The notes beneath the pieces were generated by a model, which worked only from the letters and a program-made list of their open reading frames with translations, was not told where the DNA came from and did not search any database. Source: a virus. From it: 40,672 nucleotides of DNA. Location: positions 1 to 40,672 of the IMG/VR virus record IMGVR_UViG_3300019758_000005; one strand, 5' to 3'. Shown piece after piece: positions 23,091 through 32,755 of the stretch. Positions within the stretch are counted from its first letter, which is position 1. Each line of letters begins with the position of its first letter. A program made the translations under genes and the position numbers.

Positions 23091-23549
23091 ATGGCTGAAC
23101 TATTAAAGTCCGGCGTTGGTGCTACGTTTAGCATCGTTGCCGGCGAACCTGCTACCTATGACGATACCGGCTTTGCTGCTCTAACATTCGCAGAAGTTGG
23201 CGAAGTTATTTCTATTGGCGCTTACGGCGGCACAGCAGAAGTCCTAACTCAAACACCTGTCAAGTCTGGCATCATCAAGAAAGTAAAAGGCTCCACTAAC
23301 TACGGCTCTCAAACGCTACAGTTCGGCCTTGAGACTGATACCGGCCAAGCTGCCCTACAGTCTGGCTTTGATGGCGCTAACAAAGACGCAATCCACAGCG
23401 TTAAGCTTGAATATTCTGACGGCTCTGTACGTTATTACACCGGCCTTGTGACTTCTTTCGAGTTCCAAGAAATTAGTGCAAGCTCGTTCGTAAACGCCGC
23501 TTCGACTATTGAAGTGAACAATTCAGTTGTAGACGTGGTACCTGCATAA
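23091..23549 (+). CDS. Major tail tube protein
   Basis: 152 aa, in the position before the chaperone pair and tape measure. No sheath gene is present. Confidence 0.7.
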   Translation: MAELLKSGVGATFSIVAGEPATYDDTGFAALTFAEVGEVISIGAYGGTAEVLTQTPVKSGIIKKVKGSTNYGSQTLQFGLETDTGQAALQSGFDGANKDAIHSVKLEYSDGSVRYYTGLVTSFEFQEISASSFVNAASTIEVNNSVVDVVPA

Positions 23550-23550
23550 T

Positions 23551-23931
23551 ATGGATTTATCTAGTCTAGCCCTTGAGCAAACCGCTGAAATGATTCTAAA
23601 AGATCCAGTGTCCGGTGTGGATACCGACGCCGTGATTGTTTTATACGGCAAAGACTCAAAACAGTATCGTGACGCTTTTGCAGTACAAGCAAAGAAAGCC
23701 GCAGCCATGAAAGCAAGCGATAGCGATTATCAGGAAAAGCTCTCGGAGCTAGGCTTAGATATTTTCATCAAATGCACCAAGGATTGGCGCAATGTAGGAC
23801 TAGACGGGAAAGAGCTAGAATGCACGCCTGAAAACGTGGCAATGATGTACAAAGACGAGCGCTTTGTATGGATACATAATCAAATTAGTGCCTTCATGGA
23901 GAAGCGCGCAAATTTTATGAAGCGTCCATAG
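23551..23931 (+). CDS. Tail assembly chaperone (G-like)
   Basis: 126 aa between the tube and tape measure genes. Carries a slippery heptamer near its 3' end. Confidence 0.7.
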   Translation: MDLSSLALEQTAEMILKDPVSGVDTDAVIVLYGKDSKQYRDAFAVQAKKAAAMKASDSDYQEKLSELGLDIFIKCTKDWRNVGLDGKELECTPENVAMMYKDERFVWIHNQISAFMEKRANFMKRP

Positions 23932-24278
23932 AGGCGCTTTTAAACTGGGCAAAAATGGAGGCGTTTCTTGATACAACTCCAAACGAGGCCAAAATATGCA
24001 GGCGTGAACAAGGTGGATTAAAGTCCAACCCAAAAGGGCCATTGGCTTACCTGATTGATACGTTTAACGAGCTTGGCCAAATTGTTTCAGGCGATGGCGG
24101 TCAACTAAGGCCGCTTAACTGGTCAGACTTGGCTGGGTATTGCCAAGTGACCGAAACAAAGCTTGACCCGTGGGAATGTAAAACCCTAATAGATATGTCA
24201 GTCACTTATTTGTCTTCACATTTTAAATACAAAGACCCGCGCAGTCTAGCGCCTATAGCTGGAGAATTTAATGGCTGA
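23551..24278 (+). CDS. Tail assembly chaperone GT-like frameshift fusion product
   Basis: A -1 slip at 23910-23916 joins the G frame to the frame of track ORF 23955-24278. This is the conserved arrangement upstream of tape measure genes. Confidence 0.55.
23910..23916 (+). promoter_or_regulatory. -1 programmed frameshift slippery site A_AAT_TTT
   Basis: In the G frame the codons are GCA AAT TTT. The -1 frame is open from 23889 through 24278. Confidence 0.6.
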
Positions 24279-25899
24279 TATTGCAGAGTTAGGTTTAAAG
24301 ATAAACAGCCAACCAGTTGAACAAGCTGGTGCAAAGCTAAAGAATTTCGGCAAGATTGCGAGTGATACAGAGCGCAAGGTACTGCAGTCCACTAATGGTA
24401 TGGCCACTGGGTTTAAGTCGTTTAACACGTCTGTTAAGTCCGCCGCACCAGTTGTTACTACGTTTGAAAAAACCGCAAAGACGGCCGCCACTACAAGTGG
24501 TAACTTCTCTAATAGCATTCGTCAAATATCACTACAGCTTTCACAGGTAGCGCAGCAAGGTGCCGTGACCGGTGACTTCTTCCGCGCGTTTACTGTCCAG
24601 CTTCCGGATTTACTCCTAGGCTTTGGCACACTTGGTATCTTGATTGGTGCAGTGGCCGGCGCACTGGGCGGGCCGTTGATTGATGCGCTAACAGGTTCAA
24701 GCAAGGCGATTAAGAATGTAGACGAAGACATTGCAGACTTAACAGATGGCTTTGAGGAGCTAACAGACGCGCAACGTGCTTATGTTCTTTTGTCGTCTGA
24801 AATAAAGCAAGCTGACTTGCAAAAAGAATTCGACGATATAGCGCAAGAAGTAAAGACCGCTGCTGATGAATTAAAGGTGCTTGAGCAGGGCTTTAGACTT
24901 ATATCTCGTGGCGATAGAACGCAGCGGGTTACTGTGGCTGCGGATGCAGAAGACATTCAAGAAGCCGAGCTTGCACTGAAAAGACTTAGTGCGGTTCGTG
25001 ACAATATAAGCTTAAAGCTTGAGCGTGAGATAAAGCTACAAGATGAATTAAAAAACGCCACTGATTTAACAACTCAGGCAGCGCTTGAAGCCAGCCGTGA
25101 ACAATCAAGGACTGACCTACTTAATCAGCTTGAGAATGCAACAGACGCCATACGTACAGCAGGTAGTACACAAACAGAGATAGCAGTCCGCGCGGCCAGT
25201 GAGCGTAACTCTATTTTGGCAGCTGCTTATAATCAGGACTTGATTAGTTTTGCTGAGTACCAAGAGCAGCGTGTTCAAAACCAGTTAAACCTACAAGCCG
25301 AACTAACAGAGATTGACGAGAAAGCGCAACAACAACGCACACAGATACTAACAGCAGGCCAAGAGGCAGCTTTATCAGCCAGTGGTCAGCTATTTGGGAA
25401 TCTTGCGGCCATTGCAAAAGAAGGCGGGGAGGATCAGTTCCAAGAGTATAAAAACCTTGCGAGCGCTCAGGCTGCTATTGCTGCATCATTGGCAGCTATT
25501 AAGGCATTAGCGGAGGGTGGCCCGATACTAGGGCCAGCTTTGGCTGTATCTATTGGTGCCGTTGCTGCAATCCAGATTGCCAAGATACAAGGTCAAGAAT
25601 ACCAATCTAGCCGCGCAAGTGGGGGGCAAGCTAAAGGCCGTGTATTAGTTGGTGAGAACGGGCCAGAAATATTAAACATGGGTAACAGCACTGGCTCTAT
25701 TACTTCAGCTGCTGGCACGAAACAAGAGTTAGGTGGCCAAACCGTCCAACAGGTATTTAACATATCACCTGGACTATCCGGTGCAATCCAAGCCGAAATG
25801 CGAGCTATGTTACCATTGATAAAACAAGTTGCCATTAGTGGCGTATCAAGCGATATAAGAAACGGCGGCTCGACCGCCAAGGCCGTGGGGATTAGATAA
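24271..25899 (+). CDS. Tape measure protein
   Basis: 542 aa with coiled-coil and Ala/Gly-rich hydrophobic segments (LGILIGAVAGALGGPLI, GPALAVSIGAVAAIQIA). Position is canonical. Confidence 0.85.
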   Translation: MADIAELGLKINSQPVEQAGAKLKNFGKIASDTERKVLQSTNGMATGFKSFNTSVKSAAPVVTTFEKTAKTAATTSGNFSNSIRQISLQLSQVAQQGAVTGDFFRAFTVQLPDLLLGFGTLGILIGAVAGALGGPLIDALTGSSKAIKNVDEDIADLTDGFEELTDAQRAYVLLSSEIKQADLQKEFDDIAQEVKTAADELKVLEQGFRLISRGDRTQRVTVAADAEDIQEAELALKRLSAVRDNISLKLEREIKLQDELKNATDLTTQAALEASREQSRTDLLNQLENATDAIRTAGSTQTEIAVRAASERNSILAAAYNQDLISFAEYQEQRVQNQLNLQAELTEIDEKAQQQRTQILTAGQEAALSASGQLFGNLAAIAKEGGEDQFQEYKNLASAQAAIAASLAAIKALAEGGPILGPALAVSIGAVAAIQIAKIQGQEYQSSRASGGQAKGRVLVGENGPEILNMGNSTGSITSAAGTKQELGGQTVQQVFNISPGLSGAIQAEMRAMLPLIKQVAISGVSSDIRNGGSTAKAVGIR

Positions 25900-27036
25900 A
25901 TGGCAGACTTTCCAAATATTGAACCGGATTTAGAAGAGATTGGTTTGATTGCTAATAATCAGATTTATGATTCAATCCTAACTGGCCAAGTTCAAACAGC
26001 ATCATTAAGCGGTGCGAAATGGACGTGCACACCAACATTCAGTAACCGCAACGGCAAAGAAGCGCGTGATTTACGTGCATTTATCTTTGGGCAGAATGGT
26101 GTGTCTGGCCGGTTTAATTATTATCCTGCCTCAATAGATAACGTTGGCACACATGCTGGGCTGGGTGTGGTCGATGGAGCTGGGCAAACTGGAAGCACAT
26201 TAGAGACTACGGGATGGGATGCTGATCAGCCTCTGTTGTTTGCTGCTGGTGATTACATAACCGCAAACGGCGAAATGAAGATGGTGACTGCTGATGTACC
26301 AGTGGGGCAGGATTATATTGAGTACGATGAAACTAATTACATGCCTAGTCCGTTTGATCCGAGTGGTTGGACTGATGGCGCTAACGGCACAGTTGACAAC
26401 GTGATTATTGCCAATCCCTCTGGGGCGGATGTACTAGGATTAGCAGAACAAACAGACGTTGGCACTTTTACTTTTCAGGATAGTTTTTCTAATGATCTGG
26501 CAGTAAATATTGGCGATAAAGTATATATGTCAATATTAGTAAAACCAGAAGATACAAGCGGCACTTTTGACATAGTTATGGTTATGGGGGGCACCGCTGT
26601 GCCAACTAGAACGTTAAGATTTAACGCTAAAACAAATACATTTATATCTAGTAGCATGACAGGTTACAAAACCACAGACCTAGATAATGGTTTTTTATTA
26701 TGGGAGTGCTTTTACACAGTCCCAGCGAATGATTCTGATATGTTTGCACGGTACACATTTATTGAGAACGGCGGCGGCGCTGATGCGCCAATAGGTTCTA
26801 AATGCTACGTACAAGCCACATTCTTCGGCAAAGCCGACGACTGGCCAGCTAAGCTACGCGCAAACGCAATCATACCAATCACGCCGCCTATGCGCACAAG
26901 TCCAGCTGATGGTGCATTGATAGAGGCTAGCAATCCCTACTTCCAAGGGCGCTTAGAATCGGATGACATGAGCCGTTTGCAGGTAAGCTCGCCAGTTATC
27001 TATAACACAACGCTTTCGATCGTGGAGGCGTTCTGA
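25900..27036 (+). CDS. Distal tail protein with an inserted jelly-roll-like domain
   Basis: First gene after the tape measure. Residues ~138-318 (nt 26311-26853) are paralogous to the C-terminal domain of ORF 17711-18340. Confidence 0.6.
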   Translation: MADFPNIEPDLEEIGLIANNQIYDSILTGQVQTASLSGAKWTCTPTFSNRNGKEARDLRAFIFGQNGVSGRFNYYPASIDNVGTHAGLGVVDGAGQTGSTLETTGWDADQPLLFAAGDYITANGEMKMVTADVPVGQDYIEYDETNYMPSPFDPSGWTDGANGTVDNVIIANPSGADVLGLAEQTDVGTFTFQDSFSNDLAVNIGDKVYMSILVKPEDTSGTFDIVMVMGGTAVPTRTLRFNAKTNTFISSSMTGYKTTDLDNGFLLWECFYTVPANDSDMFARYTFIENGGGADAPIGSKCYVQATFFGKADDWPAKLRANAIIPITPPMRTSPADGALIEASNPYFQGRLESDDMSRLQVSSPVIYNTTLSIVEAF

Positions 27037-27584
27037 TGGATGCGGCAGTTATTACGGCGCTGGAAAGTGAGCACTTCGACATTCGGTTTTTAGTTAAATT
27101 CGAGTTAGATAGTGGCACGCTTTTCTATACCACTAATCCGAATGGCGCTACCTTCGACGGGGATGATTATACCTTTCTTGGTGCTATTGGCTCGCTATCA
27201 GATTCAAAGGAAACCGACCAGTTAGACCCTAGTGAGTATCAAATAGGCATCGGTGGTGCTGACCCTACAATCTTGGCTCTATTCCTTAGTGAGCCAGTAA
27301 TTAATCGCAAGTGTTCAATAATAACCGTGGTTTACCAAAATGGTATACTTATCGGAGAAATGACACGGGTTGAGGGCTTTATGCAACCGGCGACTATATC
27401 GCAGGGAAAAAGCTCATTAATAACTATACCCATCAAAGATGATTTAGCGGATTGGGATCGTAATATTGAACAACTATACACAGATGCAGCACAAAAACGA
27501 ATCAATCCTAATGACAATTGCCTCGAGCATGTTAGCGAACTTGCAAGTAAAGAAATCCGCTGGCCCGCAGCTTCTTTCTTTTAA
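27036..27584 (+). CDS. Minor tail / tail-tip protein (DUF2163-like N-terminal pattern)
   Basis: FLVKFELDSGTLFYTTNPNGATFDGDDYTFLGAIGSLS resembles the GTA g13 / DUF2163 pattern, from memory. ATGA coupling. Confidence 0.5.
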   Translation: MDAAVITALESEHFDIRFLVKFELDSGTLFYTTNPNGATFDGDDYTFLGAIGSLSDSKETDQLDPSEYQIGIGGADPTILALFLSEPVINRKCSIITVVYQNGILIGEMTRVEGFMQPATISQGKSSLITIPIKDDLADWDRNIEQLYTDAAQKRINPNDNCLEHVSELASKEIRWPAASFF

Positions 27585-27594
27585 GGGGGTTTAA

Positions 27595-30500
27595 GTGGGT
27601 TTATTTGACAAGGTAGGCGACCGTCTTAGTGATGCAAGAGCCACGCTAGGCGATGCGCTAGATCTTATCGCCCCAGTTACATTTGGGGTTATAGATGCTC
27701 TTGAGTATTTGGGTAATGAGTTAGTAAAGGCATTAACTCCAGATATTGACTACTCAGACCGCAAGGTCAACACCCGCGGCCCTGCTACGCCTAGGCGTAT
27801 TATTTACGGCGAGGCTCGTGTAGGCGGCCAAGTTATATTCACGGACTCAACCGGCGACGATGACAGAAACCTTAGAATGGTTATTGCATTTGCTGGCCAT
27901 AGCTGTGAAGAAATTGGCGATATTTATATCAATGACGACTTGGTTACAGATCCTAAGTTTGACGGCCTTGTCTCTGTGTTCAAACAGCCTCAAACTGGCG
28001 TTAATGAAACGCTTAACTTTGCCAACGAGTATGCAGGAAGAACGAACTATCTTTATGAGCAGATAGCCTATGTATTCATAGTTTTCAAATATGATCAAGA
28101 AGTGTTTGCCGGTGTGCCGAATGTTACGGCTATCGTTAAGGGTAAGGACACCATCTACGACCCGCGCACTGGGCAGAGTGGCTACACTGATAACGCCGCT
28201 TTGTGTATGCTCGACTTCTTGCGTACTGAGCGCAAGCTTTCCGACGATTTAATTGATATGACCTCTTGGGCTAATGCCGCTGATATCTGTGACGAACAAG
28301 TCGCAGCCGTTAACGGCGGGACTGAGCCACGCTTTACGCTTAACGGTACGTTAATCCGCAACGGTTCTAAGCTTCAAGCACTGACTAAAATGGCGGTGAA
28401 TTCTGGCATCTACCCCGCTCGTGAAGAAGGTATATATAAAGCTGTGCCGCTTGTTTATACTGCGCCCGCAGTTGATGCCGTTGTCGATGAAACAGATATT
28501 ATTGGCGACATCCAGATAACAACCGGTAACGGCAAGCAAGACAAAATCAATACTATTGTTGGCACCTATATCGACGCAGCCACTAATTACGAGCAAGTCG
28601 AATACCCATCTATTCAAACGCCAAACTACGAGACAGAAGACCGTGAAGTGCTACAGCAATCGGTTGATTATCAGCTAGTAAATAGCGGGACACAATGCCG
28701 CCGGTTATCGAAAATAGCATTAGAGCAATCACGTCGAGGGATTACTGTTTCATTTAATGGCCGTTATCGGGTGTTGCAGTATCCGGTTGGTAGCAGGATT
28801 AAACTGAATTATTCAGCATTCGGCTGGACTGAAAAAATATTCCGAGTGGTTAGCCGTACTGTTAGCCCACAGTCTGGTGTTAATGTCATTCTAAAAGAAG
28901 ACGACCCAGCTATCTATTCATGGGAAGAAGGCGACGCACTGGCTACAGTCGTGCCGCCATTCTTAAACCTGCCTAATCCTAATGTGGTTGGTGCACCTTT
29001 TGACTTGGAAGTCACTGAGACACTCTACCAAGCGAACACACAAGCCGCCGTTAAGGTTCGAGCCGCTTTTACTTGGTCAGCTAATGACGCATCTATCCGC
29101 CATTATGAATTAGAAGGCTCATATCAGGGCGGGCCATATCGGGCCTTGAGTTCGTTTATAGCTGGCAATGAATTCAAGTTTGACGATTTACAAGTTGGTA
29201 CATGGGTGTTTCGTGTTCGTGGCGTTAATAGTATTGGGGTTAAATCGCCTTATGCTGTGCTTGCCTATAATATGCTTGGCAAAACCGCCCCGCCTAGTGA
29301 TGTGACAGGCTTTAAAGGAACTGTGCGCCCATTCGGGATTGAGATAAGCTGGGATGAAGTACCCGATTTAGATATTGATTTATATGAAATTCGTTTAGGC
29401 CTAAGTTGGGATACCGGTACAGTATTGCAGCGTATGTCTGCTTTGAATTGGTCGTGGGAAACCCGCCCGACTGGCACAGAACGCTTGTTTATTAAAGCCA
29501 TAGACACCAGTGGCAACTATTCACAGAACGCCAGTGAGGCGCAGATCGTAATACTTGCACCTAAAGCACCATCACCGGTTAGTGCGACCGTTATTGATAA
29601 CAATGTGGCTCTTCGTTGGATTGATGCTACTAGCTCATTCAGTATTGCCAAATATGAAGTTCGCAAAGGTGAGACGTTTGAATCCAGTGCTTTGCTTTAC
29701 GAGGTAACTGGCACAGGCAAACAAGTACAAGAAGTTGCCAAGGGCACCTATACTTATTGGGTGCGCGGTATCGACATTAAAGGCAATGCTGGACCTGCTG
29801 CGGGTGCCACTGCAAACGTAGACCAGCCGCCTGATTTTGTGTTGCAATCCGATGCTAATCTGGACTTAACGACTGCCACAGTCGTAAATATGGCCGATAC
29901 GATTAGTGCGGGTATTACGATTGATAATGACACCATAACGATTGATAACGATGCTATAACAATTGATAGCGATGTCATGAGCGTGTGGGTTGGCCCCTGT
30001 AACACTACTGAGACATGGGCGGAGCATTTCGAGAAATTGCCGGGCTACGTTTTGCCTACAACTATCGATAACGACACAATAACAATAGATAACGATACGT
30101 TACTAATTGATAACGATTATCAATCTATTCAGCAATTGCAGATTAACAACGGTTTTAATAGCTACTTACAACCAACGCCTGCCAGTGCAAGCTTGGAAGT
30201 AGTAGAAGACTATCAGGGAATTCTGGCGCTGTCTCGAATTCAAGTAACGCCAGATGTCGAGGTATTATCAGGCGCACCAACTGCGACTTATACGACCAGC
30301 TATTCGACTGATGGTATTACTTACACAGACGTAGCAGGAACCGAGGCGGTAGGTATTAATTTCCGCTATGTGAAAGTAAGGGTTGATATTACCAGCACGT
30401 CCGAGCTTGACCTTCTGCGAATAAACCACCTTCGTGTTAGACTTGACGTTAAATTAAAGACTGATGCAGGGCGTGTTGTTGTGTCGTCTACAGGTGGCAC

Positions 30501-30693
30501 ACCGATAACTTTTAACGTGCCATTTGTTGATATTCAATCAATCACTGTGGCGGCCAATGGGACTACATTTAGAAATGCAATATATGATTTTATTGATACC
30601 CCTAACCCTACAGGGTTTGATGTGTATCTATTCGATGAGAACGGCAACGAGCTATCTAGCGGCGAAGTGTCATGGCAAGCGAGGGGCGTGTAA
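27595..30693 (+). CDS. Host-specificity / central tail fibre protein (J-like, Phage-tail_3 type) with FN3-like repeats
   Basis: 1032 aa. PRRIIYGEARVGGQVIF near the N-terminus is typical of J-like proteins. Three FN3-like segments fall at about residues 460-730. GTG start with RBS AAGGGGG. Confidence 0.8.
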   Translation: MGLFDKVGDRLSDARATLGDALDLIAPVTFGVIDALEYLGNELVKALTPDIDYSDRKVNTRGPATPRRIIYGEARVGGQVIFTDSTGDDDRNLRMVIAFAGHSCEEIGDIYINDDLVTDPKFDGLVSVFKQPQTGVNETLNFANEYAGRTNYLYEQIAYVFIVFKYDQEVFAGVPNVTAIVKGKDTIYDPRTGQSGYTDNAALCMLDFLRTERKLSDDLIDMTSWANAADICDEQVAAVNGGTEPRFTLNGTLIRNGSKLQALTKMAVNSGIYPAREEGIYKAVPLVYTAPAVDAVVDETDIIGDIQITTGNGKQDKINTIVGTYIDAATNYEQVEYPSIQTPNYETEDREVLQQSVDYQLVNSGTQCRRLSKIALEQSRRGITVSFNGRYRVLQYPVGSRIKLNYSAFGWTEKIFRVVSRTVSPQSGVNVILKEDDPAIYSWEEGDALATVVPPFLNLPNPNVVGAPFDLEVTETLYQANTQAAVKVRAAFTWSANDASIRHYELEGSYQGGPYRALSSFIAGNEFKFDDLQVGTWVFRVRGVNSIGVKSPYAVLAYNMLGKTAPPSDVTGFKGTVRPFGIEISWDEVPDLDIDLYEIRLGLSWDTGTVLQRMSALNWSWETRPTGTERLFIKAIDTSGNYSQNASEAQIVILAPKAPSPVSATVIDNNVALRWIDATSSFSIAKYEVRKGETFESSALLYEVTGTGKQVQEVAKGTYTYWVRGIDIKGNAGPAAGATANVDQPPDFVLQSDANLDLTTATVVNMADTISAGITIDNDTITIDNDAITIDSDVMSVWVGPCNTTETWAEHFEKLPGYVLPTTIDNDTITIDNDTLLIDNDYQSIQQLQINNGFNSYLQPTPASASLEVVEDYQGILALSRIQVTPDVEVLSGAPTATYTTSYSTDGITYTDVAGTEAVGINFRYVKVRVDITSTSELDLLRINHLRVRLDVKLKTDAGRVVVSSTGGTPITFNVPFVDIQSITVAANGTTFRNAIYDFIDTPNPTGFDVYLFDENGNELSSGEVSWQARGV
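29914..30120 (+). repeat. Two clusters of three 7-aa (21-nt) repeats, TIDND-type, inside the J-like gene
   Basis: 29914-29976 encodes ITIDNDT ITIDNDA ITIDSDV. 30058-30120 encodes TTIDNDT ITIDNDT LLIDNDY. Codon choices differ between the units. Confidence 0.85.
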
Positions 30694-31571
30694 TGGCTGC
30701 TGATTTTAATAAGCCCACAATTACTGGCGATGCGTATGTAGACGTACTTGGCGAAATACGCGCCCAGTTTGAAGTCGTTAGTACTATGTCATACGGTGAC
30801 GCGCTTAATACCAAAGTTGGCGCTGTACAATTCTTGGATGGTTCTTTACAGAAATGGAGCGGTTCCAGTTTTGATGTTGTACCAGTATCAATCACAGGTG
30901 GCGGCACAGGGGCAAGTACTGCTGCCGGTGCTCGAACTGCTTTGAATGTAAATGAGAAAGGAACATTAGCCGCACAGGTTCGCAGTAATGCAGAATCGGA
31001 TGCTTTGTATGTGCCGCAATCGCGGACTATTAGCACGGCTGGCGCATTAAATGGCGGGAACTCGCTTGACAGCAATATCAGCTTAACCGTGAATAGCGCA
31101 ACGACTAGCCAGCAGGGTGTTGTGCAGTTGTTTAACGGTCTTAATAGTACTAGCACCACTCAGGCTTTGACTGCGGCTCAGGGGAAGGTTTTGAATGATA
31201 TACAATATAGTCAAGCATCAAATATTGTATACCTTTTGGATTTTGCTTCCGTAACTATTGATTACCAAGAAGCTACAATATCAGCTAGTGGGACACTTAC
31301 AGGTGGCGATGCAAAAATAGTAAAAGTCGGGAATATGGTGACTATTAGCGGTAAATTCTTGCATTCAAGTTCAACTTTGCGGGCTAGTAATACAGGTGCC
31401 ATTCCCTCATGGGGCCGCCCTGATTCAGATGGCGCTCTAAACTGCTATGTGTTCGAGGATGGCTCAAATACAGGTCGGCGTGTCTTTGTGAATAGTAATG
31501 GCCAAATATCTTTCTTTTATACGGCCTCTGTGACGGATACGCTTGGCTTTACAATCTCTTACACAATATAG
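30693..31571 (+). CDS. Tail fibre protein
   Basis: Start at ATG 30693 (TAATG overlap, RBS GAGGGG). GGGTGASTAAGARTALNV and SQQGVVQL...TTQALTAAQGKVL motifs are common in phage fibres. Confidence 0.7.
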   Translation: MAADFNKPTITGDAYVDVLGEIRAQFEVVSTMSYGDALNTKVGAVQFLDGSLQKWSGSSFDVVPVSITGGGTGASTAAGARTALNVNEKGTLAAQVRSNAESDALYVPQSRTISTAGALNGGNSLDSNISLTVNSATTSQQGVVQLFNGLNSTSTTQALTAAQGKVLNDIQYSQASNIVYLLDFASVTIDYQEATISASGTLTGGDAKIVKVGNMVTISGKFLHSSSTLRASNTGAIPSWGRPDSDGALNCYVFEDGSNTGRRVFVNSNGQISFFYTASVTDTLGFTISYTI

Positions 31572-31579
31572 GAACCAAC

Positions 31580-32365
31580 ATGGCAATACAAACATTAAAC
31601 GTAGGCTCAGGCCCAGGCGCTGGAGACGGCGAAGGGCTACGAAGCTCACAGGTAAAAGTAAACTCAAATTTTGCAGTGGCTGAAAACGCTGCTTCAAAGA
31701 TTGTGCAGGCATCTAGTGCGGATACGACTGCTGACAAAGTTATGATGTCAGACTACGCATGGCGAGGCGCTCAACTAGGTGATTATTTCACCTACGGCGG
31801 AACGGCTAATGCCATTACGCTAACCAGTGCCAACCTAAAAGCAGGTGGCACGCTTATAGCTGGCATGAAGTTTAGGTTTAAAGCCACTACCACAAACACC
31901 GGCGCAACTACTATTGCAGTTGATGGCGGCTCAGCTACGGCTTGCGTTACTCCGACAGGCGTTGCGTTACCGGCTGGTTTTATTCGCACGGATGTGATTA
32001 CAGAGTGCGAGTATGATGGTTCGAGTTTTGTTGTTAGTCGCAAAGTTGAAAGTGGTAGTAATGCAAGCGGGGACTGGACGAAGTGGGAGGATGGAAGCCT
32101 CTCTATGCGCGTTTCTGGTACTAGCAATCTAAATATTACAAGCGCGTCAGCACTTGGCGGTTTTTATGGTGATATACTAGGCATTGCGTTTCCAGTCGCT
32201 GTTGTAGGCACTCCATCCATATCCCCATCTGGGAATGATTCATGCGGTGATGTAGGAGCTGCTTCATATACAACAACCACTTTTTCCCTTAGATTTAGGA
32301 CTGTATCTAGCTCTAGCGCTGTACCAGTTAGTAAAGCCGCGATAATAACAGGCAAATGGTACTAA
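31580..32365 (+). CDS. Second tail fibre / receptor-binding protein
   Basis: N-terminus LNVGSGPGAGDGEGLRSSQVKVNSNFA matches the common fibre N-terminal pattern (G.GD.lR....kvN.Nf). Confidence 0.6.
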   Translation: MAIQTLNVGSGPGAGDGEGLRSSQVKVNSNFAVAENAASKIVQASSADTTADKVMMSDYAWRGAQLGDYFTYGGTANAITLTSANLKAGGTLIAGMKFRFKATTTNTGATTIAVDGGSATACVTPTGVALPAGFIRTDVITECEYDGSSFVVSRKVESGSNASGDWTKWEDGSLSMRVSGTSNLNITSASALGGFYGDILGIAFPVAVVGTPSISPSGNDSCGDVGAASYTTTTFSLRFRTVSSSSAVPVSKAAIITGKWY

Positions 32366-32389
32366 CACTGCGCTACCTAGGATACGCCT

Positions 32390-32755
32390 TCATAGGCGTA
32401 TTCCTGCTTGGGCTGCTTGTGGCTGGTTTTGGGTATGTTGTGGCGAAGTGGTTAGACGGTCAAAGCCGAGGCCTACAACTGCGGCAAGTAAAACAAGAAG
32501 CACACCGCCGGAAACCTTCCAATATGCGTTATTGGTAGCCTGGTTCTTCTCCAAATCTGTGACACGGGGAGCAATCTGATCTAGTGTTTTATCTATCTTG
32601 TCAAGCATTTTGTCTTGTGACTTGCGCATCAAGCTCACTTCATCTACAACTTTCGTAAAATGCAAGTCTGTCCGCTCATTGCTCTGTCTTATACTTTCGT
32701 GTATTACAATCAAGTGGTTGTCCAATTCTCTTCTCGTTACGTGTTCGGGTTCCAT
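32390..32755 (-). CDS. Membrane-anchored coiled-coil protein (XhlA-like topology)
   Basis: Lone minus-strand ORF with a coiled-coil N-terminal part and one C-terminal TM (VSGGVLLVLLAAVVGLGF). ATG 32755 preferred over TTG 32758. Confidence 0.5.
   Translation of the reverse strand: MEPEHVTRRELDNHLIVIHESIRQSNERTDLHFTKVVDEVSLMRKSQDKMLDKIDKTLDQIAPRVTDLEKNQATNNAYWKVSGGVLLVLLAAVVGLGFDRLTTSPQHTQNQPQAAQAGIRL

Noticed and set aside
29914-30120. The repeat clusters in the J-like gene, considered as variable/template repeats of a diversity-generating retroelement.
   Set aside because: No reverse transcriptase or accessory gene exists anywhere in the genome. The repeats are short in-frame peptide units rather than a ~100-bp VR/TR pair with adenine-specific differences.
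32356-32538. Plus-strand 60-aa ORF with a TM-like segment after the tail fibre gene.
   Set aside because: It is the antisense shadow of the hydrophobic C-terminus of the minus-strand 32390-32755 gene. It has no RBS, and its ATG sits inside the fibre gene's last codons. The choice between strands still needs expression data.
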